DNA of 32,000 nt from an uncultured archaeon (GCA_964510585.1 CAZECW010000114.1:5746-37745), one strand, 5' to 3'. Shown: positions 1-10,825, counted from the stretch's first letter. Notes: generated from the letters alone by a model not told the origin. Translations and numbers: made by a program.

Positions 1-350
1 GCCATTGCGGGTAACCATTTCTCACGCTGCTCATCGGTTCCAAAGGTTTCAATCTGGTGGACTCCCCCGAACTGGGATCCTCCATATATTGTTCCTACTA
101 CTCCCAGTCTTGATATTCCCTCGTTTATTATGCAGGCACCTGTTATTGCTAATTCCTCCCGCAGTCCCCCATACTTTTTGGGGATTAGTGCTCCGAACCA
201 TCCTTTTTCTTTTACGGCGTTTATAACTTTCCAGGGAGTTTGTTTCCTCCAAGCGGCTTCTTCGGCGTCTGGGTAGTATTGGTCTGCGAAGGCTTCTACC
301 TCATCCGCAAGCTTCTTTTGAGTTTCGTTCCACCAAGGGAATTTGTCCAT
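1..350 (-). CDS. Acyl-CoA dehydrogenase, N-terminal part (runs off the left edge; not in the ORF track)
   Basis: Hand translation from ATG at 350 (GGAGG 9 nt upstream): MDKFPWWNETQKKLADEVEAFAD...GWFGALIPKKYGG...FGTDEQREKWLPAMA. The frame is open to the edge and carries the typical ACAD N-terminal 'iPxxYGG' and 'fGtxeQkxkwLP' motifs. Confidence 0.92.
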   Translation of the reverse strand, partial: MDKFPWWNETQKKLADEVEAFADQYYPDAEEAAWRKQTPWKVINAVKEKGWFGALIPKKYGGLREELAITGACIINEGISRLGVVGTIYGGSQFGGVHQIETFGTDEQREKWLPAM

Positions 351-583
351 AAATATTTCCTCCAGAAAGGATTTAATTCAATTTTGATCATCAAACATAT
401 TAGTCTTCCTATAGATTAGGATAAAAAGAGGGATTTGTGGTGTTTCCTAGGGAGCGAATATTATTTTTAAATTATCTATATAAACGATTAGAGGGGATAG
501 GAGATTTTATTTTTAGGGAGTTGGCATAATTCTTTTTATATTATAATGTGTATAACAAGTTTAAGATCAGGAGGCTCAAATTT

Positions 584-2284
584 ATGGTTACTGTAAAGGG
601 AAATAGGGCAATTGTAGATGCACTTGTAGAAAATGATGTGGAATATGTATTCGGGATTTGCGGCACTTCCGTTGCTGGATTTTTATCTGCGCTGAGCACT
701 GAGAATCGCATAAAATATGTGGTTGCACGTCATGAACGGTGCGCAGGTAGTATGGCTGATGGTTACGCTCGTGCCAGTGGAAGGGTCGGCGTTTGCCAGA
801 TGCATTCTGGCCCTGGAACGTTAAACGGTGTGCTTAGTATAGTCGACGCCTATAGGGATTCCTCCCCAGTCGTTCTACTCGCAGGCCAAGTGGAGAGGAA
901 ACTTATTGGACGTGAAATCTTCGGTGAGGCTAACCAGTTTGCGGTTCTTAAGCCTTATACCAAGTCCTGTCAACGCATTGGGCGTGTAAGTGACATTCCG
1001 AGGATTATCAATAATGCTTTTTACTTGGCGAGAGCGGGTAGACCGGGCCCGGTTATGGTGGAGATGCCTGAGGACATATACAATGAGGAAGGTGAGGTGG
1101 AGCCAGACTTTAAAATTAGAGTTGATTCACAAATAGTTTCTCCCTCAATCATTGAGGAAGCAACGGATAGATTGATAGAAGCTGAAAAACCAGTCATTTT
1201 GGCTGGGGGAGGAGTAATATGGTCTAATGCTTCAGAGGAGCTTAAAACCATATCGGAAATGCTTCAGATACCTGTAACAACAACCCAGAATGGTAGAGGA
1301 TGCTTCCCAGAGGATCACCCCTTGGCGTTGGGTGTAAGCGGCTGGTGTGGAGGAATCAGTGTGGCTGACGACGCTCTGGAAGAGGCTGATGTCGTCCTTG
1401 CAGTGGGATGTACTATTTCTTCCCTGACCACCTACAACTTTACAACCCCAATAAAGGGGGATATCATCCAAATCAATATTGATCCAGCATCGATAGGTCA
1501 AAATTATCACTGTGACTATGGCATTGTGGGAGACGCGAAAACAGTGCTTTTGGAAATGATAAAAATCCTCGATTCTAGGGGAGCGGTGAAAAAGTCATCC
1601 TCAAGGGCAGAAGAGATAAAAAAGAAGAAGGAGGAGTGGAACGCTATCTGGGGAGCAGATATAAATTCAGAAAGTGTGCCTGTGAAACCTCAGCGTTTAC
1701 TTCGGGACGTACAAAAAACTATTCCCAAAAAGTCCATAATTGTCTCTGGAGCTGGGCTTCATCGCTTATTCATAACTGCTTATACAAAGACAATTTACCC
1801 CAGAACCTTCATTGGCTCGGTTAATCTGGGAGCTATGGGTTTCGCGTTCCCCGCTGCGATAGGTGCAAAGGCCGCTAAACCCGAAGAACCGGTGGTTTGT
1901 CTGGTGGGGGACGGAGACTTTATGATGACCATCATGGACTTAGAAACCGCTGTGAGATGTGGCTTCAACGTGGTAACAATTATTATGAATAACAACTGTT
2001 ACGCTGCGCCCAAAATGTTTCAAAAGGTAAACTTCGGAACAGATTTTGGCAACGATTACACTAACCCAGATTTTGCCAGAGTAGCCGAGAACTTCGGGGC
2101 ATGTGGTTGGACTGTGGAGAAACCAGGCGAGATTGCCGATACTGTGAAAAGCGCATTGGACTGTGGAAAACCAGCAGTAATAGACGTAAAAATAGACCCC
2201 GCAGCATTTCCGCCATTAAACCTAAAAGCAAGTTCAAGACTAAGGGGCATAGATGCAGAAAAGGCCACAAGAGGAGTACGCTGA
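584..2284 (+). CDS. TPP-dependent enzyme, acetolactate synthase large subunit-like (substrate unknown)
   Basis: RHE catalytic motif (VARHERCAGSMADGYAR), GPG, RPGPV, and TPP-binding GDGDF...NN. Start moved from GTG 548 to ATG 584 because AGGAGG lies at 569-574. Confidence 0.9.
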   Translation: MVTVKGNRAIVDALVENDVEYVFGICGTSVAGFLSALSTENRIKYVVARHERCAGSMADGYARASGRVGVCQMHSGPGTLNGVLSIVDAYRDSSPVVLLAGQVERKLIGREIFGEANQFAVLKPYTKSCQRIGRVSDIPRIINNAFYLARAGRPGPVMVEMPEDIYNEEGEVEPDFKIRVDSQIVSPSIIEEATDRLIEAEKPVILAGGGVIWSNASEELKTISEMLQIPVTTTQNGRGCFPEDHPLALGVSGWCGGISVADDALEEADVVLAVGCTISSLTTYNFTTPIKGDIIQINIDPASIGQNYHCDYGIVGDAKTVLLEMIKILDSRGAVKKSSSRAEEIKKKKEEWNAIWGADINSESVPVKPQRLLRDVQKTIPKKSIIVSGAGLHRLFITAYTKTIYPRTFIGSVNLGAMGFAFPAAIGAKAAKPEEPVVCLVGDGDFMMTIMDLETAVRCGFNVVTIIMNNNCYAAPKMFQKVNFGTDFGNDYTNPDFARVAENFGACGWTVEKPGEIADTVKSALDCGKPAVIDVKIDPAAFPPLNLKASSRLRGIDAEKATRGVR

Positions 2285-2326
2285 TAACTCAATTTTACCT
2301 TAAAGGGATGAGAGGTGAGGCAGTTA

Positions 2327-3760
2327 ATGGATCAGAACGAGATTTTCAAAGTCCTTGCATCCATTGTGGGTGAAGAAGATGTTACAATAGATCCCGTTGA
2401 GCTTTTGGCCTATTCTTCGGACGCATCGCAATTAAAAGCAGTGCCAGTGGCGGTGGTGAGACCGGAAAACAAGGAGGAAGTTGCAGAAATCCTCAAATTT
2501 GCAGATGAAAACCGGATACCAGTTACTCCCAGAGGCGCGGGAACGAGTACTGCAGGGCAATCCCTTGCCTACAAAAATGGAATTCTAATGGACATGGTCA
2601 AAATGGACAAAATCTTGGAGATCAGCCTCAAAGATAGGATTGCGGTGGTTCAACCTGGAGTAATCTATGGAGAGCTAAACAAGGAACTTAGAAAGTATGG
2701 CTACTGCTTCCCCCCAGACCCAGGCTCAGCGATTGCCTGCACTGTGGGAGGAATGGTGGGAAACAACGCCAGCGGAGTGAGAGCATTAAAGTATGGAGCC
2801 ACAGTAGACCATGTTCTCGGGTTGGAGGTTGTTCTGCCAGGAGGCAAAATCATTAGGACCGGGGGGCGGGTCTGGAAAAGCTCCTCGGGCTATAACCTGA
2901 CTAGGCTTCTGGTGGGTTCTGAGGGAACCCTGGGAGTTTTCACCGAAATCATACTGAAGATAACGCCTATACCAAAGTACGTTGCGCTGATAGTTCCGGT
3001 TTTCGAAAAATTTGATCAAAGTTTGGAGGCAGCCACAGAAATCACAAATGCGGGAATCATGCCCTCGGCAATGGAAATTCTGGACGACCTTTGCATCATG
3101 GTTATGAACTCCTTTCTGGAAGAAAAACTTCCCCAGGCCGAAGCGCTTTTATTCATTGAGGTTGATGGAAACAACCAAAAGGCAATAATAGACGAATCAA
3201 ATATAATTAAGAGTATTTGCGAGAAACTTGGAGCCCAGCAAGTAATACAATCCACAGATCCTAAGAGGACAGAGGAACTCTGGAATCTAAGACATACTTT
3301 GGCAAACTTGCTTGCTAAAATAAGAGGGGAAAAAATGGCCATAAGCAGCATTATGGACTTCGCGGTGCCCATATCTCAGGTACCGGAAGCAGTAAGGGAA
3401 ATAAAAGCTTTGGCAGCCAAGGAAAAAAGACTTATGGCAGCGTTGGGACATATTGGGGATGGAAATGTACATTTTGGTTCGGCAATTAATGTGGAGGATC
3501 CTAAGGAGAGGGAAGCTGCTACCAAGTTTTCGAGACAAGCAGCAGAAGCTATAATAAAGAAATATGGGGGTACCTTAACAGCGGAACACGGCCTCGGACA
3601 GGCTAAATCTCATCTTGTAATGCTTGAGCACGGAGAAACAATTGAGCTTATGCGTGGAATTAAAAGAGTATTTGACCCTAACAACATAATGAACCCCATG
3701 GTGATGGGACTAACCGAAATCCCAGAGGACGAATACGTTTACATGCCAGGAGCAAAATAA
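2327..3760 (+). CDS. FAD-linked oxidoreductase, GlcD / D-lactate dehydrogenase family (copy 1)
   Basis: PRGAGTS, PPDPGS, GGMVGNNASG, GSEGTLG, GHIGDGNVH and AEHGLG motifs. ATG 2327 follows GAGGTGA. Confidence 0.92.
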   Translation: MDQNEIFKVLASIVGEEDVTIDPVELLAYSSDASQLKAVPVAVVRPENKEEVAEILKFADENRIPVTPRGAGTSTAGQSLAYKNGILMDMVKMDKILEISLKDRIAVVQPGVIYGELNKELRKYGYCFPPDPGSAIACTVGGMVGNNASGVRALKYGATVDHVLGLEVVLPGGKIIRTGGRVWKSSSGYNLTRLLVGSEGTLGVFTEIILKITPIPKYVALIVPVFEKFDQSLEAATEITNAGIMPSAMEILDDLCIMVMNSFLEEKLPQAEALLFIEVDGNNQKAIIDESNIIKSICEKLGAQQVIQSTDPKRTEELWNLRHTLANLLAKIRGEKMAISSIMDFAVPISQVPEAVREIKALAAKEKRLMAALGHIGDGNVHFGSAINVEDPKEREAATKFSRQAAEAIIKKYGGTLTAEHGLGQAKSHLVMLEHGETIELMRGIKRVFDPNNIMNPMVMGLTEIPEDEYVYMPGAK

Positions 3761-3913
3761 TCTAGGGAAAGGAAGAGCCTAGGTGGGTTGGTTAATTCTA
3801 TATCGAAAAATGTGGCTAGAGTTCAAAACGTTAGGTTTAATGCTTTGTTAGGAGTAAAGGATATAATCATAGTGAATCTTTGTAAAACAGACAATTTTTT
3901 GGGTGAATTATTG

Positions 3914-5353
3914 ATGGATCAAAAGGAGATTTATGAAGCCCTTGCGGCGATTGTGGGTGAAGACGACGTGACCATAGATCCAGTTGAGCTGGTGGCCTAT
4001 GCTTCGGATGCTTCGTTTCTGAGAGCCATACCAGTGGCGGTGGTGAGACCGGAAAGCAAGGAAGAAGTTGCAGAAATTCTCAAATTTGCAGATGAAAACC
4101 GGATACCAGTTACTCCCAGAGGTGCGGGAACGAGTTACGCGGGACAATCCTTAGCATACAATAACGCAATTCTCATAGATTTCGTTAAAATGGATAAAAT
4201 CTTGGAAATCAACCTGAAAGATAGAGTAGCAGTGGTTCAACCAGGAGTAATCTACGGAGAGCTAAACAAGGAACTTAGAAAGTACGGCTACTGCTTCCCC
4301 CCAGACCCAGGCTCAGCGATTGCCTGCACTGTGGGAGGAATGGTGGGAAACAACGCCAGCGGAATTAGAGCGGTAAAGTATGGAGCCACAGTAGACCATG
4401 TTCTCGGGTTGGAGGTTGTTCTGCCAGGAGGCAAAATCATTAGGACCGGAGGGCGGGTCTGGAAAAGCTCCTCGGGCTATAACCTGACTAAGCTTCTGGT
4501 GGGTTCTGAGGGAAGCTTGGGAATATTCACAGAAATAATATTGAAGATAACACCTGCACCAAAGTATACCGCCATGATAGTGCCGGTTTTCGAAAAGTAT
4601 GAGCAGGGGTTGGATGCGGCCACGGAAATTATTAATACGGGCATTCTGCCCTCAGCGATGGAGATTCTGGACGACGTATGTATAATGGTTCTGAATTCTG
4701 CCCTTAAGGAGCAGGACAGACTCCCGCCGGCTGGCGCAGTATTATTCATTGAAGTTGATGGAAGCAACCAAGAGGTTGTCAAGGAGGAGGCGGAGACAGT
4801 TAGAAAGGTTTGTGAAAAAATAGGTGTGAAGCAAATTATATACGCCACAGATCCTAAGAGAACAGAGGAGCTTTGGAAACTTAGACATTCCTTGGCAAAC
4901 TTGTTAGCGAAACTGAGGGGAGAAAACATTGCGATAAACAGTATTCAAGACTTTGCGGTACCCATATCTCACGTGCCAGAGGCTATTAAGGAGGTTAAAG
5001 CGTTGGCTGCCAAGTATGGGAGACTTATGGTGGCCTTTGGACACATCGCCGATGGAAATGTTCACCTAGGTAGCGCCATAAATGTGGAGGATCCTGCGCA
5101 GAGAGAGATGGCTGTGAAGTTTGCAAGTGAAGCTGCAGACATTATTATCAAGAAGCATGGTGGAACTCTGTCGGCGGAGCATGGGACGGGTGTATCAAAG
5201 GCTGCGTTTATTGAGTTGGAGCACCGTGACACCCTTACCCTGATGCGGGGAATTAAGAAGGTTTTTGACCCACACAACATTCTGAACCCCATGGTTATGG
5301 GATTAACCGAAATACCAAAAGATGAATTTGTTTATATGGCTGGTGTGAAGTAA
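3914..5353 (+). CDS. FAD-linked oxidoreductase, GlcD / D-lactate dehydrogenase family (copy 2, tandem paralog)
   Basis: Same motifs as copy 1 (GHIADGNVH, AEHGTG). ATG 3914 follows GGGTGA and aligns with the copy 1 start (MDQ). Confidence 0.92.
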   Translation: MDQKEIYEALAAIVGEDDVTIDPVELVAYASDASFLRAIPVAVVRPESKEEVAEILKFADENRIPVTPRGAGTSYAGQSLAYNNAILIDFVKMDKILEINLKDRVAVVQPGVIYGELNKELRKYGYCFPPDPGSAIACTVGGMVGNNASGIRAVKYGATVDHVLGLEVVLPGGKIIRTGGRVWKSSSGYNLTKLLVGSEGSLGIFTEIILKITPAPKYTAMIVPVFEKYEQGLDAATEIINTGILPSAMEILDDVCIMVLNSALKEQDRLPPAGAVLFIEVDGSNQEVVKEEAETVRKVCEKIGVKQIIYATDPKRTEELWKLRHSLANLLAKLRGENIAINSIQDFAVPISHVPEAIKEVKALAAKYGRLMVAFGHIADGNVHLGSAINVEDPAQREMAVKFASEAADIIIKKHGGTLSAEHGTGVSKAAFIELEHRDTLTLMRGIKKVFDPHNILNPMVMGLTEIPKDEFVYMAGVK

Positions 5354-6537
5354 TGTCGACGGATGAAGAGAAAAGGAAAGCAATGGAAGATTGGGAAAAA
5401 TTAAAGGCTGCGGAGAAGAAGACTCTGAATGATTTTCGAACACAGCTTGCTATGTGTAATATTTGTGCCTTTTGTAGAATTAGGTGTCCAGTTTACCAAC
5501 AGGTTAAGTGGGAGTCGGTGACGCCGAGGGGAAAGATGCAACTACTCAGGAATGTGGTTAAGGGATGGATTAAGCCCACACCACAGGTTGCGGAGAGAAT
5601 TTTCTCCTGCACAACCTGTCAGATTTGCAACCAGCAATGCGACGCAGAGGTTCGTCCATTTGACATTCTCAAAGTTGCGAGAAGAGAATTCACAGAACAG
5701 GGTCTGGGTCCTCTTCCAGAGGAGAAAAAAATGGACAGGAGAATAAAGGAGTATAAGAATCCCTACAAGGAGCCTCAGGAGAAACGTTTTAACTGGTTAG
5801 AGGTTAAGGTTCCAAAAACTGCGGATACTCTGCTCTATTTTGGCTGTGTTACAGCTTACCGATTTGGAGAAACGGGCAGGGCCATTGTGGAACTGCTCAG
5901 AAAGGCGGGATACCAATTCACAATAACTCCTGATGAGGGCTGCTGTGGTATGCACCCCTACTGGGATGGGGAAATTAAACTCTCTGCAGAAATAGCCAGG
6001 GAAAACTTGGAAATATTCAGAAAAACTGGGGCGAAGCAGATAGTCACCGCCTGCGCTGGGTGCTATTCTACCTTTAAAAACGCCTATCCTATGCTCGTGG
6101 AAAATTTCGACTTTAAACTAATGCACTTCTCAGAGCTTCTACAGGAACTGATTAAGAAAGGCAAGCTCAAACTTAAGAAAAAATCTCCCATGAAGGTGAC
6201 CTACCATGATCCCTGCCACTTGGGGAGACATGCTGGAATATACGATGCACCCCGAGAAGTAATCAAATCCATACCTGGATTGGAGCTGGTAGAGATGGAG
6301 CATAGTAGGGAAGATTCACAGTGTTGTGGTGGCGGGGGAGGATACTTTACTGCATTTCCAGAAAACTCCGTGGAGATAGCTGAAAAACGTATAAGGGAAG
6401 CCGAGGAAACCGGAGCAGATGCAATAATTACAACCTGTCCCCTCTGTAGAACAAATTTGGATCTGGCTATTAAGAGATTGGATTCTAAACTAAAACTTTA
6501 TGATTTATCAGAGTTAGTGTTAGAGCACGTAGTCTAG
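5353..6537 (+). CDS. Fe-S oxidoreductase, GlcF/HdrD family (two ferredoxin-type motifs plus two CCG domains)
   Basis: CNICAFCRIRCP, CTTCQICNQQC, EGCCG, YHDPCHLGR, QCCGGGGG. TAATG overlap with the upstream stop codon. Confidence 0.92.
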   Translation: MSTDEEKRKAMEDWEKLKAAEKKTLNDFRTQLAMCNICAFCRIRCPVYQQVKWESVTPRGKMQLLRNVVKGWIKPTPQVAERIFSCTTCQICNQQCDAEVRPFDILKVARREFTEQGLGPLPEEKKMDRRIKEYKNPYKEPQEKRFNWLEVKVPKTADTLLYFGCVTAYRFGETGRAIVELLRKAGYQFTITPDEGCCGMHPYWDGEIKLSAEIARENLEIFRKTGAKQIVTACAGCYSTFKNAYPMLVENFDFKLMHFSELLQELIKKGKLKLKKKSPMKVTYHDPCHLGRHAGIYDAPREVIKSIPGLELVEMEHSREDSQCCGGGGGYFTAFPENSVEIAEKRIREAEETGADAIITTCPLCRTNLDLAIKRLDSKLKLYDLSELVLEHVV

Positions 6538-6562
6538 TAGGGTTTGAATCCGTTCTCCCAAA

Positions 6563-6579
6563 TTTTTATTTTCCTTTTT
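6563..6579 (+). terminator. T-rich putative archaeal terminator after the GlcF-like gene
   Basis: tttttattttccttttt about 25 nt after the stop codon. Confidence 0.4.
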
Positions 6580-6700
6580 ATAATCTGGTTTTAAACTGTT
6601 GTATCATTACTTACTTTTCCAGCTGCTAATTTTTATGTGAGAATGGTGTGAAAAGTTTTGATGAGATGTGGAATGGAATCATTTATGGATGTGAATTTGT

Positions 6701-8401
6701 ATGAAGCAGAGTTTGCGGAGCGACCTTATTAAGAGGGGATTTCAGAGGTGTACTCAGAGGGCGCTGCTTAAATCTTTGGGTTTAGACGATGAGGCTATTG
6801 AGAGGCCTTGGGTGGCGGTGGTTAACTCCTGGAATGAGATTGTTCCGGGTCACATACATCTCAGATCTATTAGTAGAGCGGTTAAGGCGGGGATTATTTC
6901 TGCAGGAGGCACACCCTTTGAGTTTGACACCATAGCTATTTGTGACGGTTTATGTCAGGGAACTATCGGTATGAGGTACCCTCTCCCCAGTAGAGATATT
7001 ATTGCGGATAGCATTGAAGTTATGGTAGAGGCCCACATGTTTGACTCCATGGTACTTATTCCCTCCTGTGATAAAACTGTTCCGGGACACTTAATGGCCG
7101 CGGCCAGGCTGAATATTCCCTCCATCGTGGTAACGGGCGGCCCCATGCTTCCCGGCTCATATAGGGGTAGGAAGATTACCACAGTGGAGATGCGGGAGTT
7201 TATGGGCAAATTTAAGTTGGGTGAGTTAAGCGAGGAGGAGTTGAACATAATTGAGGGATTAGCCTGCCCGGGTCCAGGTTCCTGTGCCATGCTGGGAACC
7301 GCAAACACCATGGCCGCAGTAACTGAAGCTTTGGGAATGTCGCTTCCCGGCTGCGCCACGGCCCATGCTGTGGATGCCAAAAAGATCCGCATAGCCCAAG
7401 AGACTGGAAAAAGAGCAGTCAAACTTTTGGAAGAAGGATTGCTTCCCAGGGATATAATGACGCAGCAAGCATTTGAAAACGCTATTATAGTGGACTTGGC
7501 TCTGGGAGGCTCTCTCAATGCTACTCTACACATTCCAGCCATAGCGCGGGAGGCAAAGCTAAACATTAGCCTAGAGAGGATGGATGAGTTGAACTCGTTA
7601 ACACGCCACATTTGCAACCTTCTGCCATCGGGTCCCTACAACCTTAAAGATTTAGATGAGGCGGGAGGAATACCCGCAGTTATGAAGGAGCTGAGCGGAA
7701 TTCTCAATCTTGACTGTATTACGGTGACTGGAAAAACAGTTAGAGAAAACATTAGTGATGCGAGAACATTGAGGCCGGAGGTCATAAGACCATTTGACAA
7801 CCCAGTTCACTCGGAGGGAGGGCTTGCTGTCCTTAAAGGAAATCTAGCCCCAAACGGATCCGTGTGTAAACATGTAGCGGTGGTTAAAGAAATGCTGGTT
7901 CACAGGGGCCCCGCAAAGGTCTTTGACTCCATGGAGGAGGCTATAGAAGCCCTATTAGGTGGCCAAATAGTGGCCGGCGATGTCATAATTATCAGGTATG
8001 AGGGACCGAAGGGTGGGCCGGGAATGCGTGAAATGCACCAGATAGCTTCCATAATAAACGGAATGGGGCTGGGGGACAAAGTGGCATTAATAACTGATGG
8101 ACGTTTCTCTGGTTCCACCAGAGGAGCCATGATTGGACACGTCTCCCCCGAAGCCGCCGAGGGCGGACCCATAGCAGTAGTAAAAAATGGAGATCCGATA
8201 CTAATTGATATTCCCAAAAGGAGACTAAACATGGAAGTGTCTGAAGATGAACTTAAAAGGCGTCTAGACGAGTGGAGGAGCAAAAAGCCAAAGCTTAAGG
8301 GCGCTAAGGGTTATCTTAAGCGTTACCGCTTTTTCGTCACTTCTGCGGATAAGGGTGCAGTACTCAAAGAGCCAAATGGTGATCCTGCCTTAGGCAAATA
8401 A
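6701..8401 (+). CDS. ilvD: Dihydroxy-acid dehydratase (IlvD/Edd family)
   Basis: [59 protein letters not shown]. Confidence 0.93.
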   Translation: MKQSLRSDLIKRGFQRCTQRALLKSLGLDDEAIERPWVAVVNSWNEIVPGHIHLRSISRAVKAGIISAGGTPFEFDTIAICDGLCQGTIGMRYPLPSRDIIADSIEVMVEAHMFDSMVLIPSCDKTVPGHLMAAARLNIPSIVVTGGPMLPGSYRGRKITTVEMREFMGKFKLGELSEEELNIIEGLACPGPGSCAMLGTANTMAAVTEALGMSLPGCATAHAVDAKKIRIAQETGKRAVKLLEEGLLPRDIMTQQAFENAIIVDLALGGSLNATLHIPAIAREAKLNISLERMDELNSLTRHICNLLPSGPYNLKDLDEAGGIPAVMKELSGILNLDCITVTGKTVRENISDARTLRPEVIRPFDNPVHSEGGLAVLKGNLAPNGSVCKHVAVVKEMLVHRGPAKVFDSMEEAIEALLGGQIVAGDVIIIRYEGPKGGPGMREMHQIASIINGMGLGDKVALITDGRFSGSTRGAMIGHVSPEAAEGGPIAVVKNGDPILIDIPKRRLNMEVSEDELKRRLDEWRSKKPKLKGAKGYLKRYRFFVTSADKGAVLKEPNGDPALGK

Positions 8402-8449
8402 TCCGTTACATACAAAAGGAATATTTTTGGTTTTGAACTATGTTATTTC

Positions 8450-8782
8450 ATGGACACTGAAACTTATGTTGCCAATTTTTTGGAGGTTTTTCCACCCATC
8501 AGGGACGCAATGACTTCTAGAATGGCGGAGCTTAACAAACAATTGAACAAAAAAAAGGAGAAGAACCCTTTTCTCATAATGCAAAAAATGATGGAAGTTA
8601 CAATGGAAGTCATCAAAAAATTTGAGCCTCAAATCAAGAAAAAAACAGGAATGACAGCCGAAGAATTCCTCAAATACCAAAAAGAACACGAGGAAGAAAT
8701 TGAAGCCTACCTAGAGGAGCACCCAGATCTAAAGGAGAGAATGGAAAAACTCAAAGTAAAGATAAACATCAACGAATTGTAA
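8450..8782 (+). CDS. Hypothetical small charged all-helical protein (110 aa)
   Basis: Clean ORF filling the gap after ilvD, K/E-rich helical composition, followed by T-tracts. No motif recognised with confidence. Confidence 0.7.
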   Translation: MDTETYVANFLEVFPPIRDAMTSRMAELNKQLNKKKEKNPFLIMQKMMEVTMEVIKKFEPQIKKKTGMTAEEFLKYQKEHEEEIEAYLEEHPDLKERMEKLKVKININEL

Positions 8783-9012
8783 GAAAAGTTACTCCTTCCT
8801 TACTAATTATTTTTTCTATTTCCCTCCCTACTTAATATTTATTTAGATATCATGTATTCCCCCTTTATGTTGGTTTTTCTTTTTCTGGAAAAAAACTAGG
8901 TTTCGGCTGTGTAAATCGTGTAGAGATTTTTATTAATGAGCTGGGTGGATAACGGTTATTAGAAGAAAAGGTCTCATACACTTCTGATGCAAAACGTTTT
9001 GAGTGTGGTTAT

Positions 9013-10764
9013 ATGCCTTACTTGACTGGCGGAGAGATAATTGCCAAGACTCTTTTAGCTGAGAAAATTCCCTATGCAGTTGGAATCCCTGGACATGGGA
9101 ATCTCGGTTTGGTTGATGCCTTTAAAGAACATGAAGTACCCATCATCCAAGTTAGACACGAACAGTCCGCTTGCCATCTGGCAGACGGTTACTGTAGAGT
9201 CACTGGTAAACCATTAGCGGTTTTCACTTCTATAGGTCCCGGCGCCTGTAACACGGTTATTGGTGCAGCCACCGCCTACCTAGACAGCATTCCTATGCTG
9301 ATTTTTACTGGTTCGGTTCACACCTACATGTTTGGTAGGGGCGTTCTGCAAGAAATTGAGAGAAAACACTGGGCGGATTTCCCCAGAGTTATGGAGCCAG
9401 TGGTAAAGAAGAGTTATCAGGTAACCAGAGTCGACCAGTTGCCGTGGGTTTTAAACAATGCTCTCAGAACCGCTCTTGGTGGAAGGCCGGGTCCTGTACA
9501 TATAGATTTGCCTATGGATGTTCAAGCAGAGGCCGCCGAAGTGGAACTTCCGGAGCCTATAGGTTCCAAACTTGGGGGAAGAGTTCAGGGTGATCCTGAG
9601 AAAATACTTGAAGCGGCCAAACTTTTGGCGAAGGCTGAGAGACCTGCGATTCTTGCTGGTGGAGGAGTAATACTCTCAAATGCTGAAAAGGAGCTTGTAG
9701 AGCTGGCAGAATTTCTGGGAGCCCCAGTAATAACAACAATGATGGGGAAGGGCGTGATTCCAGAGGATCATCCGCTGAACGCCTTTTATACTGGTTCCAA
9801 GGGTTCACCTGTGGGAAGCAAGATTGGGAGGGAAGCAGATGTGCTTCTTGCGGTGGGATGCCGCTTTGCCGATGAAACCACCAGTTCCTATAAGCCTGGT
9901 GTATCCTTTAGTATTCCTCCCACCAAACTGATACATGTGGACATTGACCCTGGAGAGATTGGGAAAAATTATCCAGTCGAGGTGCCAATACTGGGTGACG
10001 CGAAGAGTGTTCTGGGAGAACTGCTCAAAGCCCTTCAAAAAATAACTTCAAAAAGGAAGTATGAGCAGTCAGAATACTTCAAGAAGCTGTGCAGGCTCAA
10101 GGAAGACTGGGAAAAGGAGTTGCAAAGGCTGAGGGAGGGCTATCCCACTACGATATCTCGCTATCTTAAGGAGTTGAGGAAAGCTTTGCCTCGTGAAACC
10201 ATAGTTGTCACGAGTGCTGGACATGCGCAAGCGTCGGCATGGCAGGAGTTTCCAGTTTACTATCCTAGGACTCATATTTCACCCGGTGGATTTTCAACTA
10301 TGGGGTTCGGTGTCCCCGCAGCCATAGGAGCCAAACTTGCCAAACCTGAGGTACCAGTCATTGCCATAGAGGGTGATGGTTCATTCCTTATGACCTGCCA
10401 AGAATTGGCAACAGCTGTCCAGTACGAAGTGCCCATACTGGTCACCATTTTCAATAATTATGGCTGGATCGCTATACGAGACCTGCAAATTGACGTTTAT
10501 GGTAAAGAAAGAAGCTATGGTGTGGAGTTTAGGAACAAAGCCGGGCAACTCTACTCCCCAGACTATGTGAAGCTAGCCGAATCCTTTGGATGCTACGCGG
10601 AAAAAATAGATAAGGGTGAACAAGTGGCGCCGGCTATTCAAAACGCGATAAGCTCAGGTAAACCAGCAGTGATAGAATTAGAGGTGGCTCTGGAGCATCC
10701 TAGAAGCCAGGGCAAAGCATACGGCTGGTGGGATGTCCCTATACCCAAATATCTAAGAAGATAG
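9013..10764 (+). CDS. TPP-dependent enzyme with an IolD-like N-terminus (acylhydrolase/ALS superfamily)
   Basis: GIPGHGN (compare IolD GIFGHGN), RHEQ, GRPGPV, GDGSF...NNYGWIAIRDLQ. Confidence 0.85.
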   Translation: MPYLTGGEIIAKTLLAEKIPYAVGIPGHGNLGLVDAFKEHEVPIIQVRHEQSACHLADGYCRVTGKPLAVFTSIGPGACNTVIGAATAYLDSIPMLIFTGSVHTYMFGRGVLQEIERKHWADFPRVMEPVVKKSYQVTRVDQLPWVLNNALRTALGGRPGPVHIDLPMDVQAEAAEVELPEPIGSKLGGRVQGDPEKILEAAKLLAKAERPAILAGGGVILSNAEKELVELAEFLGAPVITTMMGKGVIPEDHPLNAFYTGSKGSPVGSKIGREADVLLAVGCRFADETTSSYKPGVSFSIPPTKLIHVDIDPGEIGKNYPVEVPILGDAKSVLGELLKALQKITSKRKYEQSEYFKKLCRLKEDWEKELQRLREGYPTTISRYLKELRKALPRETIVVTSAGHAQASAWQEFPVYYPRTHISPGGFSTMGFGVPAAIGAKLAKPEVPVIAIEGDGSFLMTCQELATAVQYEVPILVTIFNNYGWIAIRDLQIDVYGKERSYGVEFRNKAGQLYSPDYVKLAESFGCYAEKIDKGEQVAPAIQNAISSGKPAVIELEVALEHPRSQGKAYGWWDVPIPKYLRR

Positions 10765-10825
10765 AGGTTACAATCTACCTATTAACAGTTTGATAAAAGA
10801 AAAAAGATTAGTAAATTTACTCGTG

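Noticed and set aside
6540-6560. GGGTTTGAATCC resembling a tRNA T-arm
   Set aside because: The flanking bases do not form the 5-bp T stem or an acceptor stem, and the upstream sequence is the coding end of the GlcF-like gene.
8792-8839. Imperfect 20-nt direct repeat (about 15/20, period 28) after the orphan gene
   Set aside because: Only two low-complexity pyrimidine/AT-rich copies; consistent with terminator sequence, not a CRISPR or iteron array.
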